Shown piece by piece: positions 63,057-64,000 of a stretch of 64,000 nt of DNA. The notes under the pieces were generated by a model. The model ran no database searches and had not been told where the DNA came from. It was given only the letters and a program-made list of their open reading frames with translations. This DNA is from Aplysia californica (taxonomy: Eukaryota): positions 108,285 to 172,284 of the forward strand of contig NW_004798235.1 of the NCBI RefSeq assembly GCF_000002075.1. The letters run 5' to 3'. The stretch's first letter is position 1; each line of letters opens with the position of its first letter. The position numbers and the translations under genes were made by a program.

Positions 63057-63493
63057 TTTTAAAAATACCGTTTTCATAATATTAATAGTAGTGAGTGATG
63101 AGCCAGTTGTTTTTTGTTTAACTACTTTTTTTTTTCAAGTTCATGTACCTGAAAAATAAAAATAACTTTTCGAACTGCCCTGCATGTCAATCAAATCTGA
63201 CTTGATTTTTCGCCTATTAAACTTCTTTAGATTCTGAAAGATATTCTTAGAATGTCTGCCAGGCCTCAAATAATTATGGTGTCTGTATTTTTATACGTAA
63301 ACCTGTTTGTCAGTCTCTCTTCACTTTTTAGAAATATGAACCTGCCAAGCTTTCTATCCTATTGACATATACGTGTGTTGTTTAAGTTGTTTGCTTAGCA
63401 CTGAGAGTGAGAGCTAAAAAAAAGTGTAAAAAGTTGTGTGTGGCTCTTTTCTTCTGCACATGTACAAAAAGTAGGCTCTCACATTAAAAAAAT

Positions 63494-63670
63494 GTGGGTA
63501 GTTGGCGGGTGCTTTGGTGTGGTTTGCTCCTTCTTTCCTATCAAACATCTATTGTCTTTATCTCCCCTCCTTCTTTTTTGTGTTTGTTGCTCTCTTGTAA
63601 CACCTCTAATCTTTGGCACTTATATGACCTTATTGTGTTGCAAGTGCCGTAAAACTCTTACTAAAAAAAA
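63494..63670 (+). mobile_element. 175-bp retroposon copy
   Basis: Family consensus with 3' hairpin and A tail. Confidence 0.85.
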
Positions 63671-64000
63671 ATATAAAAAAATACCCCTTTCATTAGTTCT
63701 GGAAATTGAACGAAAAAATGTGAGGCGCTAATTGCCCAAGTTTTTTCTTCTATACCTTCTGTATATTTAGAATTATGGAATAGAAGTTCTCAAAAATATT
63801 TTTTCCTTAATTTGTTGATATGTTTATTTGTTGATTAATAAAATTAAATATGAAAATGCCTCAATCAAGATGTTTGAACTTGTCTTTTCATGTACTGTTC
63901 TGTGTACATGTACATATATGTATCTATCTATCTCTTAAATCTCTCTTTTTATCTCTCTCTCTATCTCCCTATCTATCTCTCGCTCTCTTTTGCTCTCTCT

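Overview
Eukaryotic, AT-rich, repeat-rich draft-assembly window with several N gaps. It looks like an invertebrate, possibly a gastropod mollusc, but the species cannot be fixed from the sequence. Splicing exons by hand gives: (1) one isolated minus-strand exon of an Abl tyrosine kinase; (2) a tandem pair of ERG4/ERG24-family genes on the plus strand with the same intron positions - a strongly diverged ~413-aa paralog that has lost the sterol-reductase signature residues but keeps an intact ORF (7638-14832), then a canonical lamin B receptor (~578 aa, ~20568-32506) with an RS-rich N-terminus, no visible Tudor exon and a ~5 kb putative 3'UTR; (3) a tRNA-Asp(GTC) head-to-head with (4) an SLX4IP-like gene (41930-53803) whose introns hold Tc1/mariner-pogo MITEs, a MULE-like foldback MITE and a 3-kb element with 30-bp TIRs and a 7-bp TSD; (5) an 8.7-kb decayed, intron-containing Sola2-type transposase gene bracketed by ~245-bp inverted repeats with piggyBac-like TTAA-CCCT ends, interrupted by L2-like and RTE LINE fragments. 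A ~175-bp retroposon with a covarying 3' hairpin occurs about a dozen times. All family assignments rest on remembered motifs, not database searches.
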